This document shows, in pieces, positions 8,760 through 17,549 of a DNA stretch of 64,000 nt. Position 1 is the first letter of the stretch. Every line of letters begins with the position of its first letter. Source of the DNA: a virus (Duplodnaviria > Caudoviricetes); IMG/VR virus record IMGVR_UViG_3300025437_000009; one strand, given 5' to 3'. The translations under genes and the position numbers were made by a program. The notes below the pieces were generated by a model that saw nothing but the letters and a program-made list of their open reading frames with translations, had not been told where the DNA came from and made no database searches.

Positions 8760-10154
8760 GTAGTAACCCATGGCTTTGGCAATTTCTGTATGAGTATCCA
8801 TAAAGCTCTGCTCACGTTCGGCATCAAAACGTTTCATATACTCAACAAATTTTAAGTTTTCATCCACTGCGGTTACATTTTCTATATAGGTAATTATTGG
8901 AGTAATAGACGGGTCATTTCGATATTGGCGCAATTTGTCTAAAACCAATTGTTTGGCACGATTGGTCAGCATGTCAATAGAAAGTTCAGATGGAGTAACT
9001 ACGCGATTATTCAATAAGGGTGGTGTAGAACAATCCAACGATCTAATCCAATCCATTAATTCTGGAAGATACAATACATTCATGATGCTGACAGTGGGGT
9101 ATATGTCAGTTAAAAACCAATCAGATCTCCGTTCATTATATTTTTTAATATTAGTACAAACAGATTCCCAACTAGCACCGTTTCGTTCTAATTCAAATCT
9201 TTTGCCCGTGTTGTCAATGCTAAAACTAATCTTAACTTCTTTAAAATTTTTCCATAGCTCAAAAAATTTTTCTGAATATATAGTACCGTTGCTGTTGTAA
9301 TCGATTTTAATATTCTTAGACACTCCCAAATCTACTAGTCTACGTAAAAATACAAAGTGACGTTTTGACATTAGCGGCTCACCGCCATACAAATCAAGGT
9401 ATTTAAGATTCCCAGCCAAGCGTTCAATTTGGTTGTAAAAATCGTCAGATTCGCTCCATGCAGTTGATTGTTTGATAATATCGAATTTGACTTGGGAAAT
9501 TCTTTTGCTCTTGAGATACAGATCTGCAATACGAGAACTGTCAGACGGAGCACAGATTCGGCAGGATAAATTGCAAGCATTGCCTAATTTTAAATCCAAT
9601 ATCTGTAGGTTACTGACGTCATCTTTTTGATAGTCTACAGAAAAGTACAGGTCGCGAAATTTATGTCGTGCTGCTTGTCGCATGCTAGTAATACCGCTGG
9701 CCTCATTTTTCCAGCAGTAGTGACACCCATCGGGTTTTTGACCCTTGCGAAATTGTTCACGCAGAGTCTGCATTTGATTGCCGGTGTAAAAAGTAACCAA
9801 TTGATCATCATCGTTGAGATTGCCGACGCGACCATCAAAAACACAACAAGGTTGCATTTCGCCGTTAGTCCAAACAACTGTATTGATCCAAGGGTAGATA
9901 CAGTGAGAATCTGGAATAGATAGGTCTTGTACAGGTAAAGACGTGTCTGAGTCAAAGATCACAAAAAAATCAGGAATATCTACGAATTCTAGTATTTCTT
10001 TAACTAATTTTACAGTATCAACAGAATCAGGATTATAAGAAAAAATAATACGCTCATCATCTCCATATGGATCTTTTTTAAGTGCTAGTATTCTGTTGTA
10101 AAGTGGCGGTATACTGGTATAATCAGGCAATACTATCCTGTCTAATACTTGCAT
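8757..10154 (-). CDS. Radical SAM protein with N-terminal twitch domain and an extra N-terminal segment
   Basis: CIYPW...QPCC...CHYCW twitch; CNLSCRIC; YGGEP; SFSID. Confidence 0.85.
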   Translation of the reverse strand: MQVLDRIVLPDYTSIPPLYNRILALKKDPYGDDERIIFSYNPDSVDTVKLVKEILEFVDIPDFFVIFDSDTSLPVQDLSIPDSHCIYPWINTVVWTNGEMQPCCVFDGRVGNLNDDDQLVTFYTGNQMQTLREQFRKGQKPDGCHYCWKNEASGITSMRQAARHKFRDLYFSVDYQKDDVSNLQILDLKLGNACNLSCRICAPSDSSRIADLYLKSKRISQVKFDIIKQSTAWSESDDFYNQIERLAGNLKYLDLYGGEPLMSKRHFVFLRRLVDLGVSKNIKIDYNSNGTIYSEKFFELWKNFKEVKISFSIDNTGKRFELERNGASWESVCTNIKKYNERRSDWFLTDIYPTVSIMNVLYLPELMDWIRSLDCSTPPLLNNRVVTPSELSIDMLTNRAKQLVLDKLRQYRNDPSITPIITYIENVTAVDENLKFVEYMKRFDAEREQSFMDTHTEIAKAMGYY

Positions 10155-10163
10155 ACTGCCCTT

Positions 10164-11057
10164 TTAATCGTCGTAACCGCCGTCGCTACCACCTGCGGTG
10201 CTACTGATCTTAGCACCTTGGCGTGTGTAACTTGGGGTTAGGTTGTTCATTTCCAGAATATCGTCTCGCAAATTTTGATTACGCTTTTCGATATTAAGTA
10301 CCCGAGTAAATGAATTGGTGATAGCAGCAGTATAATAGGCAAACGGGTTTTGTGATTTGAATTCGTCAAATTGTAGTCCAATCTGTGATAGTTGTAGTAG
10401 TGCTTGTGAGCGCATTTCGTCGTTGTAGGTATAACCACGCCAGTTGCTACGTGTGGCATAGCGTTCGCACAGTTTAATAAACATATGAGCTAGCTTAGGA
10501 GTCATCTTGCCGTGGTCTTTTGAGAAATGCCCTTTGGCTAAATCACCCTTCCAATGACTACGTCCCACTAGAATAGGAGTTCCTTCTTCGTCGACTTTGT
10601 AGTGTTCAAACGGCGGAAAGTTTACTTTAACATATTTGGTATTGCCTGCAATATCTAGTTCGTCATCGTCGTATTCTGAACGTGCTGGCCCGTCATCTTC
10701 CAATTCCATGGCTTTGACTGCGGCCTTGCGTGATTTGACATCATCTACAGGAATATGATCCCAAGTCATAACACGGAATACTACATCGGTATCTGGAACA
10801 TCTTTAAGTTTGATTTCAAATTCATCCATTTTACGTTTAGTACCATCTGCGGTAGCGGCTTCGTGTGCTAATTTTTGTAAGCGGACAGCACGGTCTTTGC
10901 GTGCTTGCATGATGTTCTTTTTATTGATCTTTTTTACATCTGGGAGAATCATATCATAGTCTGCTACATTTGGTGTTTGGAAGTAACAGTAGCTATTTTT
11001 ACTTTTATGAATTTCTTTGAGAATATCTTTGTTATTGAGATAGTTATTGCGGGCCAT
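10164..11057 (-). CDS. Late-transcription sigma factor, T4 gp55-like
   Basis: YLNNKDIL N-terminus and KSQNPFAYYT...FTRVLNIEK C-terminal block characteristic of gp55; matching ATAAATA promoters occur in the window. Confidence 0.8.
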   Translation of the reverse strand: MARNNYLNNKDILKEIHKSKNSYCYFQTPNVADYDMILPDVKKINKKNIMQARKDRAVRLQKLAHEAATADGTKRKMDEFEIKLKDVPDTDVVFRVMTWDHIPVDDVKSRKAAVKAMELEDDGPARSEYDDDELDIAGNTKYVKVNFPPFEHYKVDEEGTPILVGRSHWKGDLAKGHFSKDHGKMTPKLAHMFIKLCERYATRSNWRGYTYNDEMRSQALLQLSQIGLQFDEFKSQNPFAYYTAAITNSFTRVLNIEKRNQNLRDDILEMNNLTPSYTRQGAKISSTAGGSDGGYDD

Positions 11058-11082
11058 CCTTTGTTTCCTTTAAAGTTAGCAC

Positions 11083-11112
11083 ATACTAACATATTTAATT
11101 TCCAAAGGTCAA
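11083..11112 (-). promoter_or_regulatory. Sigma70-type promoter TTGACC-N18-TAGTAT (extended TG) for the gp55 operon
   Basis: GGTCAA at 11107-11112 and ATACTA at 11083-11088 on +; AAGGA SD before ATG 11057. Confidence 0.55.
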
Positions 11113-11155
11113 CCTATTTTTAAAATAATTATAATATACGCATATAATAGCTACC

Positions 11156-11163
11156 GATAAATA
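11156..11163 (+). promoter_or_regulatory. Late promoter GATAAATA
   Basis: Ends 5 nt before ATG 11169. Confidence 0.65.
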
Positions 11164-11168
11164 CTTGT

Positions 11169-12161
11169 ATGCCAGTGCTACCTAATCAACCTCTACAGAC
11201 AGCCGTAACTAACCAAACTGGTAGTTTCGGTGCCCAAATTGCCCAATCTGTTACTAACAGTTTGGAAGGGTCCCTTGGGTTAAACCCATCAATGTCACGC
11301 CAAAACGTGTCTAGTATGTTTGCTTATACTCATAATACACAGGGACCTAATATAGTGGTAAATTATCCGCAGGCCAACTACGATTGGCGTGTTCGTGTAA
11401 CGCTAGCACCCAACAGTACATACTTTTATAACGATACCAGTAACAATTTATTAAGCCCGCTACGCACAGAATCTAGTAACAATGTGACCAGTGCAGTAGT
11501 ACAAAGTGTTAATAATATTTTTGGAGCCAGCGGACAAACACGTATTGGTGTTGTGTTTCCCTATACTCCCACAGTACAGGTCACACATACTGCAAACTAT
11601 TCAGCACAAAAATTAACACATAACAATTACACACAGTACTACTATGATAATTCAGAAGTTGGTGCAATTACTATCAACGGCGAATTCACAGTACAGAACG
11701 TAAACGAAGGTCAGTATCTATTAGCAACAATTTACTTCTTTAGATCAATTACCAAAATGTTTTTTGGGGCAGACTCAGCAGCAGGCAATCCGCCGCCGAT
11801 TGTTTACCTAAACGGTTACGGACAATATTATCTACCAAACGTGCCTTGTGTTTGTACCAACTTCAGTCATACTATGCCGGATACTGTGGACTACGTTGAC
11901 ATTCCAGAACCTGGATTAAATTATAATCCTACCGTAACTAATCCTGTATTAAATAGTACACGCTTGCCAACTACTAGTACAATTAGCCTTACGCTACAAC
12001 CAGTCTACAGCAGACTTTCACAGAGCCAAGGATTTAGTCTACAAGACTTTGCTCGTGGTGCATTAATCAATGCCGCGGGCAGTGGTGGAGCAGCAAGCGC
12101 ATTTGGTGCAACACAAACACCACTCAACGGAGGCACACCGGGCGCTGGAGGATTCTTATAA
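11169..12161 (+). CDS. Baseplate/tail-tube junction protein (gp48/gp54-like tube fold)
   Basis: GVVFPYTP...ITINGEFTVQN...PPPIVYLNGYG pattern of tube-initiator proteins; first gene of the baseplate operon. Confidence 0.55.
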   Translation: MPVLPNQPLQTAVTNQTGSFGAQIAQSVTNSLEGSLGLNPSMSRQNVSSMFAYTHNTQGPNIVVNYPQANYDWRVRVTLAPNSTYFYNDTSNNLLSPLRTESSNNVTSAVVQSVNNIFGASGQTRIGVVFPYTPTVQVTHTANYSAQKLTHNNYTQYYYDNSEVGAITINGEFTVQNVNEGQYLLATIYFFRSITKMFFGADSAAGNPPPIVYLNGYGQYYLPNVPCVCTNFSHTMPDTVDYVDIPEPGLNYNPTVTNPVLNSTRLPTTSTISLTLQPVYSRLSQSQGFSLQDFARGALINAAGSGGAASAFGATQTPLNGGTPGAGGFL

Positions 12162-12469
12162 TGACAGCAAAATACGCTACCACTAGTCCATATTATGGTA
12201 CATCTACCTGGGGTCAGTTTCTTGATGTTTGGAAATACAATACCCTAACTATTCCTGCTGCGGTAACAGATGCACTTTATCAAATTGATCCACCCTACGA
12301 CAATCGTCCAGATTTACTGGCCCACGACTTGTACGGAGACAGTAACCTATGGTGGGTATTTGCTGTTCGTAATCCAGATGTCCTAATAGATCCCTTGCTT
12401 AATTTTGTAGCACCAGCAGTAATATACATTCCAACAAAAGAAACCGTGCAGACAGCACTAGGATTGTAA
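12161..12469 (+). CDS. Baseplate wedge protein, gp53/LysM-like
   Basis: YQIDPPYDNRPDLLAHDLYGDSNLWWVFAVRN motif. Confidence 0.75.
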   Translation: MTAKYATTSPYYGTSTWGQFLDVWKYNTLTIPAAVTDALYQIDPPYDNRPDLLAHDLYGDSNLWWVFAVRNPDVLIDPLLNFVAPAVIYIPTKETVQTALGL

Positions 12470-12472
12470 TCG

Positions 12473-14926
12473 ATGGCTGATCCAATTACAATTAATGGCG
12501 TTGCTATACTTGCCGATGTCAATCCAACTGCTGCTGCAACAATAGTTCCACCAACTGGTTATCAAGTCGCAACACAGGCCCAAGCAGGATTTGTAGATGG
12601 TGTACCAGCAACTTCGGGAACCTATTACGACGACACATTGAATGCTTGGCTAACGCCTACTACTGCTACTGCATCTACTACTAACTCTAATTCCAATAAC
12701 AATGCCAATGGCGTAGGAGGAAGTGCAACTAATAACAGTAGTACTGGTAATGGAACTGGTAATGGAACTGGTAATGGAACTGGCACAAATTCTAATACTA
12801 GTACTGGTCCTGGAACAGTTAAAATTCCTGCAACTACCACAGTGGTGCCTAATCCGTTGCATCAGTTTGCTAGTTGGACTTATTCATGGAGCCTATGGTG
12901 GCTTGACGTTGCTGACTACAATGGCATGATGGTTGGTGCTGATGCAGGTGCTGGAAATTCTTATGTGCTGAGTCCAAAAAGTTATGTTGTTGCTGAGGAC
13001 AGCGGTCTTTATCCCAATCGCAGACTGCCAACACAGGCCGGCCTAAACTACAATATACAAACAGTAAACTTTAACACAATTATTGGCAACAATTCAAAAT
13101 CTAAAAGCACTAACATAATCGACGGCACTTTGACAATCTTAGAGCCTTATGGTGTTACACTGATTGATAGCCTAGCACAAGCAGCTCTTAGCTTAAATTC
13201 GGGTTACAATTATTTACAACAACCATATATGTTGCAGTTAGATTTTAAAGGCTACGACAATGCTGGAAATCCTATTCCAGACAGTACTACTACACTCTAT
13301 AGAAAACGTTTTCCAATTAAAATTAATACTATGAAAGTCAAGGTGACTAACAAAGGTGCAGAGTATCAAATTGCCTACACCCCAACCGGCCATCAAGCGC
13401 ACTATCCAGAGCATTCAAGAACTCCCAAGAACGTATCAGTAACAGTACCCGGCGGTACAGTACAAGAATTTCTTAATAATTTTGCAATAATCTTAAACAC
13501 CTATTGGCAACTTGAAGTCAATGACGGCAAAGCCCAATACGCTGATACTATAAAATTTGATATGGATCCTGCCATTGCATCAAGCAAGATCATTTACCCA
13601 GATCAGGACAGCGTTACGCAGGCCAATCCCGATGCCAATTCTATACAATTAACTGGCGGAGCATTTGATATCCCGGCCGGTACACAAATTACTACAGTAA
13701 TACAAAAAGTTCTTGAAAAATCAAGTTACTTACGTGACCAATTAGGATTGGACTTTCAAAACCTAACAGCCGCACAGCAACAAACAAATTTAACACAAAT
13801 TTTAAACACTTTCAAAACTGTTTGTACAAACAATTATGCAGGAACTGATGCTGCCGGAAATGTAAATTCTGGAGTATTTGATAATATACGAAACACTTAT
13901 CCAGCACAGTTTACCTATAATATACATCAGTACCCCAACCTAAATCCAGCCAATCATCCAGCAGCGCCGTTTTTAACTGACAGTCGAGCTCATACTGTTA
14001 AAAATTATAACTATATCTATACTGGTAAAAATGTAGACATATTAGATCTTAAAATTGATTTTGATGCTACGTACTATACTGCGGTAGCGGCATATACTGC
14101 ACAGTTTGCCGCAACACAAGCAACTCCTAGTACTGGACTTAATACATCAATAGCCAATGGGGGTGTGATCCTGTTGAGTCCACAACTCTTGGCTGCAAGT
14201 GGCGCAGTAGCTGGATTCAAAAATATTACTAACTTAACTCCACTTAAATATCGTGCAGTCAACAACGATCAAAGAGAAACCATCGGTCTAGGCATTATTA
14301 ATGACCCCACAGCGCAAACTGTGGCCAATGTTATGAAAAGTCTATACACCAATTTCAAAGGGGATATGGTCACACTAGAACTACAGATAGTTGGCGACCC
14401 AACATTAATTAAACAAGATGATTGGTTGTATGTGCCTAGTCCAACAACAAGTACAATATACAACAGTTGGGACAGTCAAAGTCAAAATGACTTTGCAGGA
14501 CGTTACGGACATGTGCGTATGGATGTCGGATCTTTGATGTTCTCGGTAACTATTAATACTCCATTGGACATAGACACTGACTGGACCAATCAAGGGGTGG
14601 TGTTTCCGCAACCTGGCACTTACAAGAGCTTGTTTAGTGGGCAATACCAATGCACCGGAATTAAAAATAGTTTTGCCAATGGTAAATTTGAACAGACCCT
14701 TACGCTAAACCGTGTTATTAATGGCGATTTAATAAATTCGGCAGCTCCAGCGGCAGCAACCAACGGTAGAGATTCTAGTACTAATGGTGGTGCTAGTCAA
14801 ACACAAACAAAACAAAACTCACTTAATCAAACAGTACAACAAAATTCTGGTAGTACAGCAACTCCAGCTAATGGCTCAGTAGCAAGTCCAAATGCCCAAG
14901 AAAATAGTACTCAAGCACGACAATAG
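12473..14926 (+). CDS. Baseplate hub protein, gp27-like, with low-complexity termini
   Basis: Lies between gp53-like and gp5-like genes; LQIVGDP and FSGQY...F.Q.L.L.R hub-like motifs; T/N/G-rich N-terminus and Q/N/S-rich C-terminus. Confidence 0.5.
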   Translation: MADPITINGVAILADVNPTAAATIVPPTGYQVATQAQAGFVDGVPATSGTYYDDTLNAWLTPTTATASTTNSNSNNNANGVGGSATNNSSTGNGTGNGTGNGTGTNSNTSTGPGTVKIPATTTVVPNPLHQFASWTYSWSLWWLDVADYNGMMVGADAGAGNSYVLSPKSYVVAEDSGLYPNRRLPTQAGLNYNIQTVNFNTIIGNNSKSKSTNIIDGTLTILEPYGVTLIDSLAQAALSLNSGYNYLQQPYMLQLDFKGYDNAGNPIPDSTTTLYRKRFPIKINTMKVKVTNKGAEYQIAYTPTGHQAHYPEHSRTPKNVSVTVPGGTVQEFLNNFAIILNTYWQLEVNDGKAQYADTIKFDMDPAIASSKIIYPDQDSVTQANPDANSIQLTGGAFDIPAGTQITTVIQKVLEKSSYLRDQLGLDFQNLTAAQQQTNLTQILNTFKTVCTNNYAGTDAAGNVNSGVFDNIRNTYPAQFTYNIHQYPNLNPANHPAAPFLTDSRAHTVKNYNYIYTGKNVDILDLKIDFDATYYTAVAAYTAQFAATQATPSTGLNTSIANGGVILLSPQLLAASGAVAGFKNITNLTPLKYRAVNNDQRETIGLGIINDPTAQTVANVMKSLYTNFKGDMVTLELQIVGDPTLIKQDDWLYVPSPTTSTIYNSWDSQSQNDFAGRYGHVRMDVGSLMFSVTINTPLDIDTDWTNQGVVFPQPGTYKSLFSGQYQCTGIKNSFANGKFEQTLTLNRVINGDLINSAAPAAATNGRDSSTNGGASQTQTKQNSLNQTVQQNSGSTATPANGSVASPNAQENSTQARQ
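12743..12783 (+). repeat. 12-bp tandem repeat (ACTGGTAATGGA x3.4) encoding TGNG
   Basis: Read directly; in frame within 12473..14926. Confidence 0.9.
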
Positions 14927-14939
14927 GAAAATTCAATAA

Positions 14940-16445
14940 ATGGCAGATAATCAAATAAGACGAACTGGTGCTGCTGACAGCGCAAAAGCAGATGGAAAAA
15001 CAGGTTATACAGTTGACCCGGGTCCTTATGAAGCTGTGGTTGTTAAACATGTAGTTGGGTCACGTACAGGGCAACTACAGGTTTATATACCAGACTGGGG
15101 CGGAGTACAAACTGACCCACAGAATCAAATAGTGGTAAGTTATGCTAGTCCATTTTACGGCCATACATTTGGCACAGACAGTCAGCAAACACCTAATACT
15201 CCTATGAGTGCCGGTCAAAGTTACGGTATGTGGATGGTACCGCCAGATGTTGGTAATAAAGTATTGGTTACATTTGCTGCCGGTGATAGGTCACGTGGTT
15301 ATTGGTTTGCTTGTTGTTATGACAGCACCAGTCATCATATGGTTCCAGGACTAGCACACAACATTGGTGGATCTACAGATACCAGTGTAGCTACTGACAT
15401 TGCCAGTTATCTAAACAGTAGTCAAATACTACCAGTAGTAGAATCCAGTGCTGGACAATCTTCTACTTATGGTTCTGACCCAAGTCAGGCTCCTCGTTAC
15501 CCGCACGAATTTCAGTCAATGACACTTATTTCGCAGGGTTTAGATAGAGATCCTGTGCGTGGGGCAATCAGTTCAAGTAGCCTACGCGAAGCACCCAGCA
15601 ATGTCTATGGTATTAGTACTCCTGGTCGTTCAGCAACCGCTAATCCTCAGGTTTCTGCATCATCCTCAGTTGAAGCCAGTCAAGCTGTTATAGCTCGCAA
15701 AGGTGGTCATACATTTGTTATGGATGACGGAGATAAGGATGGCAACGATCAATTGATTAGACTGCGTACCGCAGGCGGGCATCAAATCCTAATGAATGAT
15801 ACCGCAGACAAAACTGATAAAGGTAATAAAGGAGTACTATACATTGCCAGCGCATCAGGCAATCAGTGGTTAGAATTTAGTAGTGATGGCAGTATCAATA
15901 TCTACGGTGCTGCAGGATTTAATGTGCGAGCTGAAGGGGCACTTAACTTTCATAGTGATAGTGCAGTCAATATTAACAGTGGCGGTTCAGTTGCTATTCA
16001 CGGCGACATGGGAGTAAAAATTGACAGTTTAGTGTCAGTGGGAATCAGTGCCCTAGTAAGCGTATCAGTAGCCAGTGATGGCATGTTGTCACTTTCGGGT
16101 GTGGGCTCAGCTTCTCTAACCGGCGGTGTTAGCACCAAAGTCAGCAGTCTTGGACCTTGCTATGTATCTGGAACAATAGTAAATCTAAACAGCCCGTACT
16201 TACCCGTTCCACCAATTCCGGTAGTGCCTAATTTAGGGACAAGTTTGCCGGATGTTACTTGGGCAGGTACTAGTTGGACTTATACCCCGGGAGCAGTACG
16301 ATCAATATGTACAGTTGTTCCTGCACACGAACCTTGGTTGGATCCAGGTACAAACTTACGTCCTAAACCACAGTCATCAAGCGGAGCGTCACTGATAGGA
16401 GCTGCTGCTAGTATCGGGGCTGGCGCGGCTTCAAAATTAATTTGA
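14940..16445 (+). CDS. Baseplate central spike, gp5/VgrG-like
   Basis: OB-fold GQLQVYIP...GMWMVPPDVGNKVLVTF, GGHTFVMDD/GGHQILMND and beta-helix repeats; ends PAHEPW. Confidence 0.75.
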   Translation: MADNQIRRTGAADSAKADGKTGYTVDPGPYEAVVVKHVVGSRTGQLQVYIPDWGGVQTDPQNQIVVSYASPFYGHTFGTDSQQTPNTPMSAGQSYGMWMVPPDVGNKVLVTFAAGDRSRGYWFACCYDSTSHHMVPGLAHNIGGSTDTSVATDIASYLNSSQILPVVESSAGQSSTYGSDPSQAPRYPHEFQSMTLISQGLDRDPVRGAISSSSLREAPSNVYGISTPGRSATANPQVSASSSVEASQAVIARKGGHTFVMDDGDKDGNDQLIRLRTAGGHQILMNDTADKTDKGNKGVLYIASASGNQWLEFSSDGSINIYGAAGFNVRAEGALNFHSDSAVNINSGGSVAIHGDMGVKIDSLVSVGISALVSVSVASDGMLSLSGVGSASLTGGVSTKVSSLGPCYVSGTIVNLNSPYLPVPPIPVVPNLGTSLPDVTWAGTSWTYTPGAVRSICTVVPAHEPWLDPGTNLRPKPQSSSGASLIGAAASIGAGAASKLI

Positions 16446-16453
16446 GATAACTT

Positions 16454-17116
16454 ATGGATCTAGGAATACAAGCAGCCGCAGGACAACCAATAGTAACTCC
16501 AATGCCCGTCAGTTGGCTTGGCTTACCTGCTATGCCTCCTACACCCCCAACCTGGGCCAATATTGCGGCATTGACATCTATTCAAGTACGTAACCTACAA
16601 GCACAGATAGCCTACAGTACTAGTCAGTGGAACTATGATTTAATTGGCGGTTCTAATCAATTAGGCAGATACCAATTTACCAGTCAAATTTTAGAGTCAT
16701 ACGGACTACTAGCATCTGGATCTAACACGGCCTACGGAACAGATTCGGTGAACTATCGTCACTGTTGGCAACCAACCTATATTAACAACGGAATTAATTC
16801 TTATCAAAATTATTTTTATAACGTCACAAGCCTAAACGGTTTCTTAACGGGCACGATTGCTCAAGAGCACCTAGCATATCAACGCTTGGTGGATATTTAC
16901 ATAACTAGTTTGGATATTGGTTCAATACAGCCCGGTGACCCTTCAGAAGTTGTTGCTGGTATGATTTATGTGGGGTGGACACTGAGTGTGGGTACAGGCC
17001 CAACTATTGCTAGCCCGCAGGGCACTGGCGCTTGGGCATGGCGTTACAATAACGTAGGTTCTGGTGCAACCAGCTACAATCAAGGTCGTTATAGTGTGGC
17101 AGTCCTAAGCGCATAA
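16454..17116 (+). CDS. Baseplate-associated protein, possible lysozyme-like fold
   Basis: LGRYQF motif as in lysozyme-like superfamily members; lies between gp5-like and gp25-like genes. Confidence 0.4.
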   Translation: MDLGIQAAAGQPIVTPMPVSWLGLPAMPPTPPTWANIAALTSIQVRNLQAQIAYSTSQWNYDLIGGSNQLGRYQFTSQILESYGLLASGSNTAYGTDSVNYRHCWQPTYINNGINSYQNYFYNVTSLNGFLTGTIAQEHLAYQRLVDIYITSLDIGSIQPGDPSEVVAGMIYVGWTLSVGTGPTIASPQGTGAWAWRYNNVGSGATSYNQGRYSVAVLSA

Positions 17117-17119
17117 ATA
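17112..17119 (+). promoter_or_regulatory. Late promoter CATAAATA
   Basis: Ends 5 nt before ATG 17125. Confidence 0.6.
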
Positions 17120-17124
17120 TTATC

Positions 17125-17499
17125 ATGACAGTATATCGCGGATTTAGTACCCTAGTTAATAAGAAAAAATTTAGCCTAACGGATTACGCCCTGGCTAAAC
17201 AAGATCTTATGAACTATTTTCAAATTCGCAAGGGCAGTAAACTAATGCAACCTTCCTTTGGTACAGTAATTTGGGAACAGTTGTTTGAGCCCCTGAATGA
17301 AACTACTCGTGATATCATTACCGGCGACATTAAAAAAATTGTTGCATATGATCCTCGTTTACGAGTCAATCAAATCAATGTTACAGAACAAACTAACGGC
17401 ATTCAAATACAGCTGAGTTTAACTTATATCCCGTCAAATCAAGCAGAAACGATACTGTTAAACTTCGACAAAGCATCAACTACACTAACCACAAATTAA
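17125..17499 (+). CDS. Baseplate wedge subunit, gp25-like
   Basis: KQDLMNYFQIRKGSKLMQPSFG...LFEP...YDPRL: GPW/gp25 family pattern. Confidence 0.85.
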   Translation: MTVYRGFSTLVNKKKFSLTDYALAKQDLMNYFQIRKGSKLMQPSFGTVIWEQLFEPLNETTRDIITGDIKKIVAYDPRLRVNQINVTEQTNGIQIQLSLTYIPSNQAETILLNFDKASTTLTTN

Positions 17500-17519
17500 C
17501 TGCGCATATTATTCCGACC

Positions 17520-17527
17520 GATAAATA
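17520..17527 (+). promoter_or_regulatory. Late promoter GATAAATA
   Basis: 22 nt upstream of ATG 17550. Confidence 0.6.
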
Positions 17528-17549
17528 TACAATATAGGTTAGAAATAAT

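Noticed and set aside
8723-8827. N-terminal extension of gp47 in the ORF track
   Set aside because: Overlaps the rSAM gene end; the conserved domain begins right after ATG 8722.
12743-12783. Tandem repeat as a CRISPR-like or regulatory array
   Set aside because: 12-bp unit with no spacers, in frame, encoding a TGNG linker.
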